64,000 nt of DNA from Deltaproteobacteria bacterium (GCA_040218735.1 JAVJQW010000011.1:384001-448000); one strand, 5' to 3'. Positions 21,375 through 31,676 are shown, counted from the stretch's first letter. Notes: generated by a model from the sequence alone, not told the origin. Numbers and translations: made by a program.

Positions 21375-22127
21375 ATGCGCGTTTCGATCCTCGGCGCCCT
21401 CCTCCTGACGCTCGCGCCCGCCGCCGCGCTCGCGCGACCGACGGTCCTCCCGGACCGCACGCTCCGCGTCGACTTCGCACCGACGGACTTCACGATCCTC
21501 AACACCGGTGCGATCGGCGGCCGGCGCGGGTTCGTCGTCGGCTCCAACGCCCCCAACGATCCGCGGATCGGGATGGGCCTCGGCCTGTCACTCGGACTCA
21601 CCGGCCGCGCCGAAGCGGGCATCCTGTTCCTCCCGCTCGCGCTCTCGCCGGACAACGGCTACGGCGACATCACGTTCCACTCCCGCTACCGCGTCCTCGG
21701 GGGGAGCTTCGAGCTCGCGCTCCAGCTCGCGGTGCAGATACCCACCGACACGAACTTCGGGCTGGGGCTCGGCGCACCGATCATCTTTCACCTCGGCAAC
21801 CTCGACATCGAGACCGGCGCCGAGCTCGAGCTGATCTTCTCGGACAACACCGTCGCCAACCTCGACATCCCGGTGTCGTTCCTCTTCGACATCAACCGCT
21901 CGCTCTTCTTCGGCGTCCGGACCGGGTTCTTCTTCGCGAACATCGACAACCTCTACATCCCGCTCGGCCCCGTCGTCGGGGCGCGCATCGCGATGTCCGG
22001 GAGCCTGCGGCTCGAGCCCATCGCCGCGTTTGTCTTCGAGCAGTTCGTCTCGACGGACGGCTCGGGCCCCATCGTCACCGACGTCTGGACCCTCCAGGTC
22101 GGCGCCAACCTCCGCTTCCGCCTCTGA
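21375..22127 (+). CDS. Putative outer-membrane beta-barrel protein
   Basis: Signal peptide ending ALA; alternating hydrophobic strands; C-terminal VGANLRFRL strand. Confidence 0.7.
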   Translation: MRVSILGALLLTLAPAAALARPTVLPDRTLRVDFAPTDFTILNTGAIGGRRGFVVGSNAPNDPRIGMGLGLSLGLTGRAEAGILFLPLALSPDNGYGDITFHSRYRVLGGSFELALQLAVQIPTDTNFGLGLGAPIIFHLGNLDIETGAELELIFSDNTVANLDIPVSFLFDINRSLFFGVRTGFFFANIDNLYIPLGPVVGARIAMSGSLRLEPIAAFVFEQFVSTDGSGPIVTDVWTLQVGANLRFRL

Positions 22128-22158
22128 CCGCGGGTTCGATCGGTGGTAGAGCGAGCGC

Positions 22159-23538
22159 GTGCCCGCCTCGAGCTCCATCGCCGGCCGCGCGACCCGCGTC
22201 GTGCTCGGCGGCCTCCTGCTCGCGAGCCTCGCGCTGGTGGCTCACGCGTTGCGGATGCAGAGCGCGGACCCCGCCTGGAGCGACAAGCTCCTGACGTGGG
22301 GCGGCGTCGCCTCGGTCGCGTTCGCGGTGATGTTGGTGCTCCCGACGAACCTGCGGATCAACCTGACGCTGTCGCTCGTGATGGCCGGCCTGTGTGCGTT
22401 CGTCTTCAACCTCTACCTCGCGTACACGCCACCGCCGATCGTCCGGAAGGCGGAGGCGATCCTCGACAAACGCAAGAGCACCCCGGGCTTCGATCTCCGC
22501 TCGCCGCTCGACGTCGTCCGCGACCTCCGCAAGGACGGCGTGCAGGCGGTGCCCGCGCTCTTCGGCATCAACGCGGTCGACGATCCGAAGCGCCCCGACG
22601 GGCTCCTCCCCCTCATCGGGATCTCCACGGCCACGACGGTGCTGTGCAACGAGGTCGGTGAGTTCGCGATCTTCACCGCCGACGAACACGGCCACCGCAA
22701 CCCCGTCATCCCGGAGCGCGCCGACGTCGTGCTCGTCGGCGACTCGTTCATGCAGGGCCAGTGCGTCGGCCCCGGAAAGGACATCGCCGGTTTGCTCCGC
22801 GCCCGCGGGTTCACCGTGTACAACCTCGGCAGCAGCGGCAACGGGCCGGTCCTGAACCTCGCCGCGCTCCTCGAGTACGGGCTCGCGAAGAAGCCGAAGA
22901 TCGTGCTGTGGGGCTACGCCGGAAACGACCCGGGCGACCTGAGGCACGAGCTCCTGAACCCGCGGCTGCGCCAGTACCTCGAGGACCCCGACACGCTGCA
23001 GAACCTCGTGGAGCGCCAGGACGAGATCGACACGTACTGGCGCGCGCACCTCGACCGGCAGAACTACCTGGAGCCCAAACCCAAGAAGGAGACGAAGTGG
23101 GCGCCGCGCGCTCCGACCTTCACCGAGCTCGTGACGCTGTATCAGCTCCGGCGACTGCTCGGGCTGCGGCGCGCGAAGCAGGGCGCGTGGAAGGACTCGT
23201 TCCGTCGCGCGTTGACCCTCGCGCGGGAGCGCGTGCGTGCCGGTGGCGGGGAGATGTACTTCGTGCCGTTCCCGTACTTCGAATACGTGACGTCGAAGCC
23301 GGACGCGCCGCGCGCGATCTTCGAGATCGTGGCGCCGACCGGCGTCCCGACGGTGGATCTCGACCGGCCGTTCCTCGACCACGCGGATCCCGAGTCGCTG
23401 TTCCCGCTGCGGATGCCGGGGCACTTCTCGGAGGCCGGCTACGCGTTCGTCGCGGAGCGGCTCGCCGCGTCCGCGCTGAAGGGGATCACGCCCTCGGGGG
23501 CCACCGAGGGGGTGCCCACGGGCGACAACCTGCCCTAG
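22159..23538 (+). CDS. Membrane-anchored SGNH/GDSL-like hydrolase
   Basis: Three N-terminal TM helices; VGDSFMQG, NLG..G.GP, GND and GHFSEAGY. Confidence 0.8.
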   Translation: MPASSSIAGRATRVVLGGLLLASLALVAHALRMQSADPAWSDKLLTWGGVASVAFAVMLVLPTNLRINLTLSLVMAGLCAFVFNLYLAYTPPPIVRKAEAILDKRKSTPGFDLRSPLDVVRDLRKDGVQAVPALFGINAVDDPKRPDGLLPLIGISTATTVLCNEVGEFAIFTADEHGHRNPVIPERADVVLVGDSFMQGQCVGPGKDIAGLLRARGFTVYNLGSSGNGPVLNLAALLEYGLAKKPKIVLWGYAGNDPGDLRHELLNPRLRQYLEDPDTLQNLVERQDEIDTYWRAHLDRQNYLEPKPKKETKWAPRAPTFTELVTLYQLRRLLGLRRAKQGAWKDSFRRALTLARERVRAGGGEMYFVPFPYFEYVTSKPDAPRAIFEIVAPTGVPTVDLDRPFLDHADPESLFPLRMPGHFSEAGYAFVAERLAASALKGITPSGATEGVPTGDNLP

Positions 23539-23549
23539 AGTCGCGCCGG

Positions 23550-24785
23550 GTGGTCGCCAAGAAGCAGGATCGGCTGTTCAACCCGAACGGCCGCAAGCAC
23601 TACCGGCGCAAGTACAACCTCACGGAGGTGCGGATCGGCGCGGCGATCTTGCTCATGCTCGGCGCCGTGCTGGCTTGGGTCCTGTACAAGGGCCAACACC
23701 CCGACCCGGAGATCTACGCATCGAGCCCCGGCCAGGCGAACCGCGCGCCGACCAAAGCGATCGAGCGCGGACCCGTGCCGAAGGGGCTCGCGATGGAGGG
23801 CTGGCGGGAGGGTGAGCTGTCGACCTTCGACGACTCGAACCTCTACGAGAAGATCGACGGGCGCGAGGGCTTCTACAAGTCGTTCGGCTTCCAGCGCCTG
23901 TACTTCATCGCGCTCGGGAAGAAGGACGACCTCGCGGTCACCGTCGACATCGAGCTGTACGACCTCGGCTCCGGCGCCAACGCGCTGGGCGCCTTCTCGG
24001 GGGAGATTCCGCCCAACGCGTCGCCCGAGATCGGGGACGGCGGTTTGTCGGTCATCGATCGCAACGCGCTGTTCATGACGCGCGGGCGCTTCTACGCGCG
24101 CGGCATCGGCGCGGACGAGTCCGAAGCGGTGAAGGCGCAGCTCGCGTTCACGGCGGACACGCTCGCGAAGGGCCTGGAGGGTGAGGCGCTCCCGTGGAGC
24201 TACGCGCTGTTCGTGAGCGGGCTCGGCATCAACCCCGGCAAGGTCTCCTACCAGCCGGAGAACGCGTTCGGGTTCTCGTTCGCGAACGACGTGCACACCG
24301 CGATGCTCGAGGACGGCGAGACGGAGGTCTTCGTGGTCTCGCAGGCCGACGCGGCGGCGGCGACGGCGCTCGCGAAGTCGTTCGACGAAGGGTTCCTTCA
24401 GTACGGCGAGGTCAGTAAGACCGACGCTGGCGTGAAGTGGGTCGCGGACCGCTACCTGAACCGGGTGTCGGGCGCGAAGGCCGCGGACGTGTTCGTCGTC
24501 GGCGTGCGCTCCGCGGAGGACGTCGAGAAGGCCCAAGCGGCGCTCGCCAAGCTGGAGGCGGCGGTCGCGAAGATGTCGCCGGAGCAGAAGGCCCGCGCGC
24601 TCGACAAACCGAAGATCACCGGGTCGGGCGGCTACGACGACGCGCCCGAGGAGGCACCGGCCGAGGGCGAGCCTTCGCCGGAGGGCGAGCCTTCGTCGGA
24701 GGGCGAGCCTTCGTCGGAGGGTGAGCCGAGCTACGAGGGCGAGCCGCCGTCCGAGGGTGAGCCGAGCTACGAGGAGGGGTACTGA
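23550..24785 (+). CDS. DUF6599-like membrane-anchored protein
   Basis: One TM helix; FDDSNLYEKIDG.EGFY.SFGF, DIELYD.GS..NALGAFS; acidic repeat tail. Confidence 0.7.
   Translation: MVAKKQDRLFNPNGRKHYRRKYNLTEVRIGAAILLMLGAVLAWVLYKGQHPDPEIYASSPGQANRAPTKAIERGPVPKGLAMEGWREGELSTFDDSNLYEKIDGREGFYKSFGFQRLYFIALGKKDDLAVTVDIELYDLGSGANALGAFSGEIPPNASPEIGDGGLSVIDRNALFMTRGRFYARGIGADESEAVKAQLAFTADTLAKGLEGEALPWSYALFVSGLGINPGKVSYQPENAFGFSFANDVHTAMLEDGETEVFVVSQADAAAATALAKSFDEGFLQYGEVSKTDAGVKWVADRYLNRVSGAKAADVFVVGVRSAEDVEKAQAALAKLEAAVAKMSPEQKARALDKPKITGSGGYDDAPEEAPAEGEPSPEGEPSSEGEPSSEGEPSYEGEPPSEGEPSYEEGY
24663..24770 (+). repeat. Six 18-bp tandem repeats encoding EGEPxx
   Basis: GAGGG(C/T)GAGCC(T/G)NNNNNN x6, in frame at the 3' end of the DUF6599-like gene. 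Confidence 0.9.
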
Positions 24786-25963
24786 TGAAGAACCTGACGC
24801 GGCGGCAGATGCTCGCCGTCGGCACGGGCGCGGTGGGTGCTTCGATGCTCGGCGCCACGATCGGCGCGACGCGCTTGGAGGCCGCCGAGCCGCAGGTGCC
24901 GAAGAAGCGCCTCGGCAAGACCGGCGTCGACGTCCCGATCCTCGCGATGGGGATGGCGATGAAGTTCCACCCCCGCTTCGACCCGCGCCTCGCGGAGGCT
25001 GCGCGGCTCGGCGTCACGTACTTCGACACCGGCTACGTCTACGCGGGGGGCACGGTGGAGAGCGCCGTCGGGAGCTTTCACACGCGCGCGCGCAACCGCA
25101 AGGCGCTGTTCCTCTCCGGGAAGACGGAGCGCCACGACCGCGTCGAGAAGGACCTGCAAGACGGCTTGCGCAAGGCGCGCACGGACCACTTCGACCTGTA
25201 CATGCTGCACGGGCTCGGCGACCCGAAGACGCTGAACGCCGACATGGCGAAGCTCGTCGAGCGCCTGAAGAAGGAAGGCAAGATCCGCCACTTCGGCTTC
25301 TCGTGCCACGACGGCAACGTCCCCGAGCTCCTCCAGCTCGCGGCGAAGACGCCGTGGGTGGAGGTCGTCCAGTTCCGCTACAACTTCCGGCAGTACGGCG
25401 ACAAGAAGCTCAACGCCGCGATCGACGCCGCCGCGAAGGCCAACGTCGGGCTCGTCGCAATGAAGACGCAGGGCTCGGAGGCGTCGTTCACCGACGCGTG
25501 GAAGAAGTACGAAAAGACCGGCAAGTGGAACAAGTTCCAGGCGGTGATGAAGGCGGTGTGGGCCGACGAGCGGATCACGTCGATCGTCTCGCACATGGAT
25601 ACGTTCGAGAAGCTGAAGTCGAACGCGAAGGCCGCGATGTCGCGCGGCGAGATGGGCGCGGCGGACTGGGACGCACTGGAGCGTTACGCGAAGGCGACGC
25701 GACACCTCGCGTGTGACGGCTGTGATCACCACTGCAGCGCGGCGCTCGATCGCTCGGTGCCGTCCGTGCCGATCGGGACGGCGATGCGGTTCTTGATGTA
25801 CCACGACGCCTACGGCGAGACGGCGAAGGCCAAGGCGCTGTTCTCCGCGCTGGACCGTGATGTGATTCGCGCCGCCGACTTCTCCGCTTGCCAGGCGGCG
25901 TGCCCGCACGGCGTGGACGTCGCGCAGCACATGGACCGCGCGAAGCGACTCTTCATCGTCTGA
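24785..25963 (+). CDS. Tat-signal aldo/keto reductase with C-terminal Fe-S motif (paralog 1)
   Basis: TRRQML Tat motif; LGKTG, FDTGYVY, K, LHG, GFSCH, AMKT; CDGCDHHC...CPHG. Confidence 0.9.
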   Translation: MKNLTRRQMLAVGTGAVGASMLGATIGATRLEAAEPQVPKKRLGKTGVDVPILAMGMAMKFHPRFDPRLAEAARLGVTYFDTGYVYAGGTVESAVGSFHTRARNRKALFLSGKTERHDRVEKDLQDGLRKARTDHFDLYMLHGLGDPKTLNADMAKLVERLKKEGKIRHFGFSCHDGNVPELLQLAAKTPWVEVVQFRYNFRQYGDKKLNAAIDAAAKANVGLVAMKTQGSEASFTDAWKKYEKTGKWNKFQAVMKAVWADERITSIVSHMDTFEKLKSNAKAAMSRGEMGAADWDALERYAKATRHLACDGCDHHCSAALDRSVPSVPIGTAMRFLMYHDAYGETAKAKALFSALDRDVIRAADFSACQAACPHGVDVAQHMDRAKRLFIV

Positions 25964-25965
25964 TC

Positions 25966-27633
25966 ATGATCGACACACTCAACCACATCGTTTGGGGCTT
26001 CCCGGAGCAGCTGCCCTGGCTGATCGCCCTCCTCCTCGGCGCCGGTGCGTTCGTCACCTTCCGCCTCGGCTTCATCCAGGTGCGCCAGGTCTGGCACGCA
26101 CTGATGGTCGTCGCCGGCAAGTACGACGACCCGGAGCACGAAGGTGACATCAGCCACTTCGCGGCGCTGTCGACGGCGCTCTCCGCGACCGTCGGCATCG
26201 GCAATATCGCCGGCGTCGCGACCGCCATTCACTACGGCGGTCCGGGTGCGCTCGTCTGGATGTGGCTCACCGCGTTCTTCGGCATGGCGCTCAAGTACGC
26301 GGAGTGCACGTTGTCGATGCAGTACCGCGCGTTCGACGACGACGGGAACGCGGCGGGCGGCCCGATGTATTACATCGAGCAAGGCCTCGGCCCGCGCTTC
26401 AAGTGGATGGCCGCGTTCTTCGCGGCGTGTGCGGTCGTCGCGTCGTTCGGCGGCGGTAACATGAACCAGGCGAACACCGTCGCGGTCAGCGCGCAGGCCG
26501 AGCTGGGTGTGTCGCCGTACGTCGTGGGTGCGATCGCCTCCGTGTTGGTCGGCGTGGTCATCCTCGGCGGCATCAAGCGCATCGCGCAGGTCTCCTCGAA
26601 GCTCGCGCCGTCGATGGCGGCGCTCTACGTGCTCGGCGCGCTGACGATCATCGTGCTCAACTGGCGCGACCTCCCCGAGACGTTCACCGCGATCCGCCAC
26701 GGCTTCCTGAACCCGGCCGCGAGCCTCGGTGGGTCGGTGGCCGGAGTCTTCTCCATCACGCTGTTGTGGGGGGTGAAGCGCGGCCTGTTCTCGAACGAAG
26801 CGGGCCAAGGCTCCGCGCCGATCGCCCACGCCGCCGCGAAGACCGACGAACCCGTGCGCGAAGGCCTCGTCGCAATGCTCGGGCCGCTGATCGACACGCT
26901 GATCATCTGCACCCTGACCGGCGTCGTGATCGTCATGACCGGCGTCTGGGACGAAAAGCGGGAGAGCGAGATGCCGATCGAGGCGGCCACCGCCATCCCC
27001 GTGCACTTCTTCGCGATGGGCGGCGACGCCGAGGCGCAGTGGATCGGCGACGCGCTCGCGAAGCTCGAGACCGTCGACAGCGCGACGGTCGCCCAGTCGA
27101 TCGAGGTGAGCGGCGGCGACCAGGGCCGCGTGCACTTCGTCGCGGCGGACGGGACGATCGACAACGCCGTCGTGCTGAAGGACGACCAACCCTTCGACGG
27201 CACGATGACCATCAACTTCGCGACGGGGGCCGTCACTCCGGACGGCCTGCGGCTGCGCGGGCTGACGCTTCAGAACAGCTCGGCGCTGACCGCGTTTGCG
27301 TTCGACCGGGGCCTCTCGAAGATCACGAACAGCGGCTCCTGGATCGTCACGCTCTGTGTCTTCCTGTTCGCGCTGTCGACGATGATCTCGTGGTCGTACT
27401 ACGGCGACCGGTGTGTCACGTACCTCGCCGGCTCCAAGTACGTGCTCGCGTACCGGGTCATCTACACCGGCTTCGTGTTCCTCGGCTCGGTGCTCGCGCT
27501 GGAGGTCGTGTGGGGCTTCGGGGATCTCGCGCTCGGGCTGATGACGGTGCCGAACCTCATCGCCGTGCTGCTCTTGTCACCGAAGGTCGTCGCCGCGACG
27601 AAGGACTACGTGCAGCGGATGAAGGCCTCGTGA
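25966..27633 (+). CDS. Alanine/glycine:cation symporter (AGCS family)
   Basis: ATVGIGNIAGVA, GGPGALVWMW, GGPMYYI, RGLFSNEAGQGS and SWSYYG. Confidence 0.93.
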   Translation: MIDTLNHIVWGFPEQLPWLIALLLGAGAFVTFRLGFIQVRQVWHALMVVAGKYDDPEHEGDISHFAALSTALSATVGIGNIAGVATAIHYGGPGALVWMWLTAFFGMALKYAECTLSMQYRAFDDDGNAAGGPMYYIEQGLGPRFKWMAAFFAACAVVASFGGGNMNQANTVAVSAQAELGVSPYVVGAIASVLVGVVILGGIKRIAQVSSKLAPSMAALYVLGALTIIVLNWRDLPETFTAIRHGFLNPAASLGGSVAGVFSITLLWGVKRGLFSNEAGQGSAPIAHAAAKTDEPVREGLVAMLGPLIDTLIICTLTGVVIVMTGVWDEKRESEMPIEAATAIPVHFFAMGGDAEAQWIGDALAKLETVDSATVAQSIEVSGGDQGRVHFVAADGTIDNAVVLKDDQPFDGTMTINFATGAVTPDGLRLRGLTLQNSSALTAFAFDRGLSKITNSGSWIVTLCVFLFALSTMISWSYYGDRCVTYLAGSKYVLAYRVIYTGFVFLGSVLALEVVWGFGDLALGLMTVPNLIAVLLLSPKVVAATKDYVQRMKAS

Positions 27634-27956
27634 GCACCACTCGGCGCAACGTGCTGATCGGCCTCGGCGCGATCGCCGCCGCCGGCGGCGCGTGGGCGCT
27701 GAAGGACGAGCTCGCCGAGGACTATGGGCTGCTGACTTCGCTCGACGCCGCGAAGAGCCTCGGCGTCGCGTACATCGCCGAGCACGGCGCGCCGGACCTC
27801 GGGGCGCTCGAAACGTTGCTCGGCGACGGCGACCCATCGGAGCGCCTCGTCAGCCAAGTGCGCGAGGACTTCACCGCGGGCCGCATCGTCCAGATCCAGG
27901 GGTGGTTCTTCTCGAAGACCGAAGCCGACCTGTGTGCGCTGGTCGCGAGGGGCTGA
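27630..27956 (+). CDS. Small Tat-signal protein
   Basis: TRRNVL Tat motif; C-terminal REDFTAGRIVQIQGWFFSKTE..LC; overlaps the upstream stop and abuts the downstream start. Confidence 0.75.
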   Translation: MSTTRRNVLIGLGAIAAAGGAWALKDELAEDYGLLTSLDAAKSLGVAYIAEHGAPDLGALETLLGDGDPSERLVSQVREDFTAGRIVQIQGWFFSKTEADLCALVARG

Positions 27957-27957
27957 C

Positions 27958-29481
27958 GTGGGCCGGTTCCTCGACGGGCGCAAACAGAGCGGCGACGTCC
28001 AAGCCGACGTGTGTGTGATCGGCGGCGGCGCCGCGGGCATCTCGGCGGCGCTCGAGCTCGCCGACGGCCCGCGCGGCGTCACGCTACTGGAGGCCGGGGG
28101 CGACCAGCTCGACCCGGAGTACCAGGAGCTGTACCGCGCGACGCAAGTCGGCTTGCGCACCGACACTCTGCAGCACAACCGCTGGCGGGTGTTCGGCGGG
28201 ACGACCGGGCACTGGGGCGGCTGGTGCCGTCCGTTCGATCCGATCGACTTCGAAAAACGCGACTGGGTCCCGCACTCCGGTTGGCCCTTCCCACGCGAGG
28301 CCCTCGACGACGCCTACCGCCGCGCGAGCGCGCTGTGTCAGATCCCGTTCGGCTACGACGCCAAGGCCGAGACCCCACCCAGCGACCAACACCTGTTCGA
28401 GTCGAACGACGACCTCGAGAACATGGTCTTCCGCGTCAGCCCGCCGACGCGCTTCGGGACGGTGTATCGGTCCCAGCTCGAGGCCGCGAAGAACGTCGAC
28501 GTCATGCTCCACGCGAGCGTCGTCGACTTCGAGCTGGACGCCGACAAAACGCACCTCGTCGCCGTGAAGGTTCAGCCCCTCGGCGGGACGGCGTTCCGCG
28601 TGCGCGCGAAACACTTCGTCCTCGCGGTCGGCGCCGTCGAGACGGCGCGGCTCCTCCTGAACTGCACGAACCAACACGCCGCGGGGCTCGGCAACGAACA
28701 CGACCTCGTAGGCCGCTTCTTCATGCAACACCTCGAGCTGCGGAAGATCCGTTGGGTCGCGCCCTCCCCCGATGCGCGAGGGCGAATGAAGCGCGCCACG
28801 GTCTCCGAGGACGCACGGATGGCGGTGCGCGTCGCGCCACACGCCCAGCGCAAACGGCAGCTCCTCAACCAACACTTCCTCGTCGGCGCCTTCGCGGACA
28901 GCCGCTCCGGAGGCGTGGTCGAGGTGATGAAGAAGAAGTACCGCCGCCAGCGGGACCTCTCCGCCGTCGACCGCGCCGCACACGAGCTAGCGCTCGACGT
29001 GGACGGCCGCTCGATTCGTCCGCGCACGATGTACTTCGCGGACATGCTCGAGCGCCCCGAGCAGGCCCCGAACCCCGACAGCCGCCTGACGCTCGACGAG
29101 GAGCGCGACGCCCTCGGCCTCCGTCGCACCGTCATGAACTGGCGCTTCACCGAGCTCGACAAACGATCGCTGCTCGACACCCAGCGCCTCGTCGCCGAGA
29201 GCCTCGGCAAACGAGCGCTAGGTCGCGTGCGGTGCTGGGCGGACGGCTTCGATCCCCTCGACCCGCAGGAGCCGCTGCACGGCGGGCATCACCACATGGG
29301 GACGGCGCGGATGCACGACGACCCCAAGCAAGGCGTCTGCGACGCCGCGTGCCGCGTCCACGGCGTGCCGAACCTGTGGATCGCGGGGAGCGCGACGTTC
29401 CCGACCTCGGGTTACGCGAACCCGACGCTCACGATCGTCGCGATGGCGGTCCGCGTGGCGCGGGCGATCAACGCGAGCTGA
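27958..29481 (+). CDS. GMC family FAD-dependent oxidoreductase
   Basis: IGGGAAG, FGGTTGHWGG, VGRFFMQH, HHMGTARM and FPTSGYANPTLT. Confidence 0.92.
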   Translation: MGRFLDGRKQSGDVQADVCVIGGGAAGISAALELADGPRGVTLLEAGGDQLDPEYQELYRATQVGLRTDTLQHNRWRVFGGTTGHWGGWCRPFDPIDFEKRDWVPHSGWPFPREALDDAYRRASALCQIPFGYDAKAETPPSDQHLFESNDDLENMVFRVSPPTRFGTVYRSQLEAAKNVDVMLHASVVDFELDADKTHLVAVKVQPLGGTAFRVRAKHFVLAVGAVETARLLLNCTNQHAAGLGNEHDLVGRFFMQHLELRKIRWVAPSPDARGRMKRATVSEDARMAVRVAPHAQRKRQLLNQHFLVGAFADSRSGGVVEVMKKKYRRQRDLSAVDRAAHELALDVDGRSIRPRTMYFADMLERPEQAPNPDSRLTLDEERDALGLRRTVMNWRFTELDKRSLLDTQRLVAESLGKRALGRVRCWADGFDPLDPQEPLHGGHHHMGTARMHDDPKQGVCDAACRVHGVPNLWIAGSATFPTSGYANPTLTIVAMAVRVARAINAS

Positions 29482-30853
29482 GCTTGCGCTCGATCTTCTG
29501 CCCCGACAGGAACACCGCGCGGATGTCCTCGAGCGCGCCGAGGTCCTTCGTGGGGTCGCCGTTCACGAGGAGCAGGTCCGCCGCCTTGCCCTCCGCGACC
29601 ACACCGAACGGCGGGTCGTCCTGCTTCGTGAGGAACCGGGCGGTGTAGAGCGTCGCCGCGCGCAGGACCTCCGCGCGCGGGAGGCCGGCCTTTTCGAGGA
29701 GGCGGAGTTCGCGGTGCAGCCCCGCGCCGTGGAAGACGCCGGCCTGCGCGTCGCTCCCCGCGAGGATCGTGACCCCCGCCGCGTGCAGGCGGCGCACGTT
29801 GTCGAGGCCCGCCTTTCGTTGTTCGGCCATCACCTCGATCATCTGGAGGAGCTCCGGGTTCACGTCGAAGTCCTCGGGGCGTTGGTCGTAGGACGCGAGC
29901 TTCTCGGCCGGGACCATCGCGCGTTCGAGCTTAGTGGGGACACGCGGCTCACGACCGAGCGTCGCGTAGCTGTCGAACACGACGAGTGTGGGAGCCATCG
30001 GGATCCCGTAACCGGCGAGCTTCTCGATTTTGTCGTCCGGGATCCGCTCCTTGTAGACGCCGTGGATCCACGCGGCGATGCCGGCGTCCGCGGCGTCGAT
30101 CGCGTCCTGCGTCGTGCCGATGTGCGCGACGGTTCGCACGCCGCCTTCCTTCGCGGCCTCGACGATCGCCTTCGCGACCTGCGGATCGAGGCGCGGCGCC
30201 GACTCGGGGATCCTGTCGATCGCCATCTTCACGAGATCCGGTTGGGACGGGAGCAGCTCGCGCACCGCGGTCTTCGCGGCGTCGGCGGTGCCGACCTGCC
30301 GCGTCGAGTGGTCGATGATGTACCAGCCGATGAGGCTCGGGAGGTTCTGCTCGAACATCGGCACGGGGTGCCCAGCCGGCGCCGTGAACACCGGGCCGGC
30401 GACGAACAGGTGCGGCCCGAGCACTTCACCCGCCGCGAGATCGGCGCGGCGCTCGAAGACCTCCTCGTCGAAGCCCCCCGGATCGAAGACGTGGGTGATG
30501 CCGCAGAACAGGTAGCGCTGGAGGTTGAGCGCACCGTTCGGCAGCCCCGCGTCCCACGGCGGCTCCGGGTTGCTGCCGGTGTGGCCGTGGAAGTCGATCA
30601 GCCCGGGGAGCAGCGTCGCGCCCTTCCCGTCGACGACCTCCGCGGCCTCGACGTCCTTCGCGGCGGGGCCGATCGAGACGATGCGCCCGCCTTCGATGCG
30701 GACGTCGCGTCCCGGTGTGACGGTGCCGGTGACGACGTCGAGCACCGCGACGTCGTGGATGACGGTGGACGCGACCGCGGATTCGCGGGCGACGAGGTTC
30801 GGCTTCTCGGTGCAAGCCGCGGCGAGGAGGCAGAGCAGCGCGACGCGTCTCAT
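29468..30853 (-). CDS. Amidohydrolase-family lipoprotein
   Basis: Lipobox-like AAAC; PGLIDFHGH, K, AH, IHG, GSD and ADLLLV.GDP. Confidence 0.88.
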   Translation of the reverse strand: MRRVALLCLLAAACTEKPNLVARESAVASTVIHDVAVLDVVTGTVTPGRDVRIEGGRIVSIGPAAKDVEAAEVVDGKGATLLPGLIDFHGHTGSNPEPPWDAGLPNGALNLQRYLFCGITHVFDPGGFDEEVFERRADLAAGEVLGPHLFVAGPVFTAPAGHPVPMFEQNLPSLIGWYIIDHSTRQVGTADAAKTAVRELLPSQPDLVKMAIDRIPESAPRLDPQVAKAIVEAAKEGGVRTVAHIGTTQDAIDAADAGIAAWIHGVYKERIPDDKIEKLAGYGIPMAPTLVVFDSYATLGREPRVPTKLERAMVPAEKLASYDQRPEDFDVNPELLQMIEVMAEQRKAGLDNVRRLHAAGVTILAGSDAQAGVFHGAGLHRELRLLEKAGLPRAEVLRAATLYTARFLTKQDDPPFGVVAEGKAADLLLVNGDPTKDLGALEDIRAVFLSGQKIERKLSSR

Positions 30854-31629
30854 GCCAGCCACTTCGGCGGGCGCTTCTCGGCGAACGCCATCGCCCCCTC
30901 CATGACCTCACCGCTCGTGAGCGCGCGGACGCCGGCTTCGGTCTCCTGCTCGAACGTCGGTGCGTTGGCGCGCAAGACCTCGAGGATGCTGCGCGCGCAC
31001 GCCGGTCCGGCGCCGCACAGCTCCTTCACGAGCGCCTGGGCTTGGGCGAGCGCGCCCCCCGCATCGACCACGCGGTTCACGAGGCCCCAGCGCTCGGCTT
31101 CGTCGACGTCGAGGCGTCGGCCGGAGAGGATCAGCTCGGTCGCGCGCCCGGCGCCCACCAGCCGCGTCGCGCGCACGGTGCCGCCCACGTCGGGGACCAT
31201 GCCGAGGTGAGTCTCGGGCAGCGAAAAGAACGCGCCGCGCGCGGCGACGCGCAGATCGCAGGCGAGCGCGAGCTCCAGGCCGCCGCCGGCGCACGCGCCT
31301 TCGATCGCCGCGACGACCGGCGCCGGGATGTTCGCGATCGCGTCGACGACCCCCTTGAGCTCGACGATCAGCGCGCGTAACGCCGCCTCGTCCTTCTCGG
31401 CCACGGCGGGCGCGAGGCGGGCGATCAGCGGGTTGTCCATCTTGAGATCCATGCCGGCGCAGAAGTGCTCGCCGACGCCGGTGAGGATCACGGCGCGGGG
31501 GGGCTCGGCGTAGAGGGCGTCGGCCGCCTCTTTCAGGGCGCTCCACAGGGGCCCGTGCAGCGCGTTGCGGCGCTCGGGGCGATCGATGGTGAGGGTGACG
31601 ACGTCGCCGTCGCGCTCGACGTTGAGCAT
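30850..31629 (-). CDS. Enoyl-CoA hydratase/isomerase
   Basis: FCAGMDL, AAIEGACAGGGLELALACD, PETHLG and AFAEKRPP. Confidence 0.93.
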   Translation of the reverse strand: MLNVERDGDVVTLTIDRPERRNALHGPLWSALKEAADALYAEPPRAVILTGVGEHFCAGMDLKMDNPLIARLAPAVAEKDEAALRALIVELKGVVDAIANIPAPVVAAIEGACAGGGLELALACDLRVAARGAFFSLPETHLGMVPDVGGTVRATRLVGAGRATELILSGRRLDVDEAERWGLVNRVVDAGGALAQAQALVKELCGAGPACARSILEVLRANAPTFEQETEAGVRALTSGEVMEGAMAFAEKRPPKWLA

Positions 31630-31676
31630 GCGGTCAATCGACCACGTGCGAGGACGAGTGGCCAGGTGCTTTTTGT

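Noticed and set aside
24663-24770. CRISPR array
   Set aside because: Contiguous in-frame 18-bp coding repeats with no spacers and no cas genes
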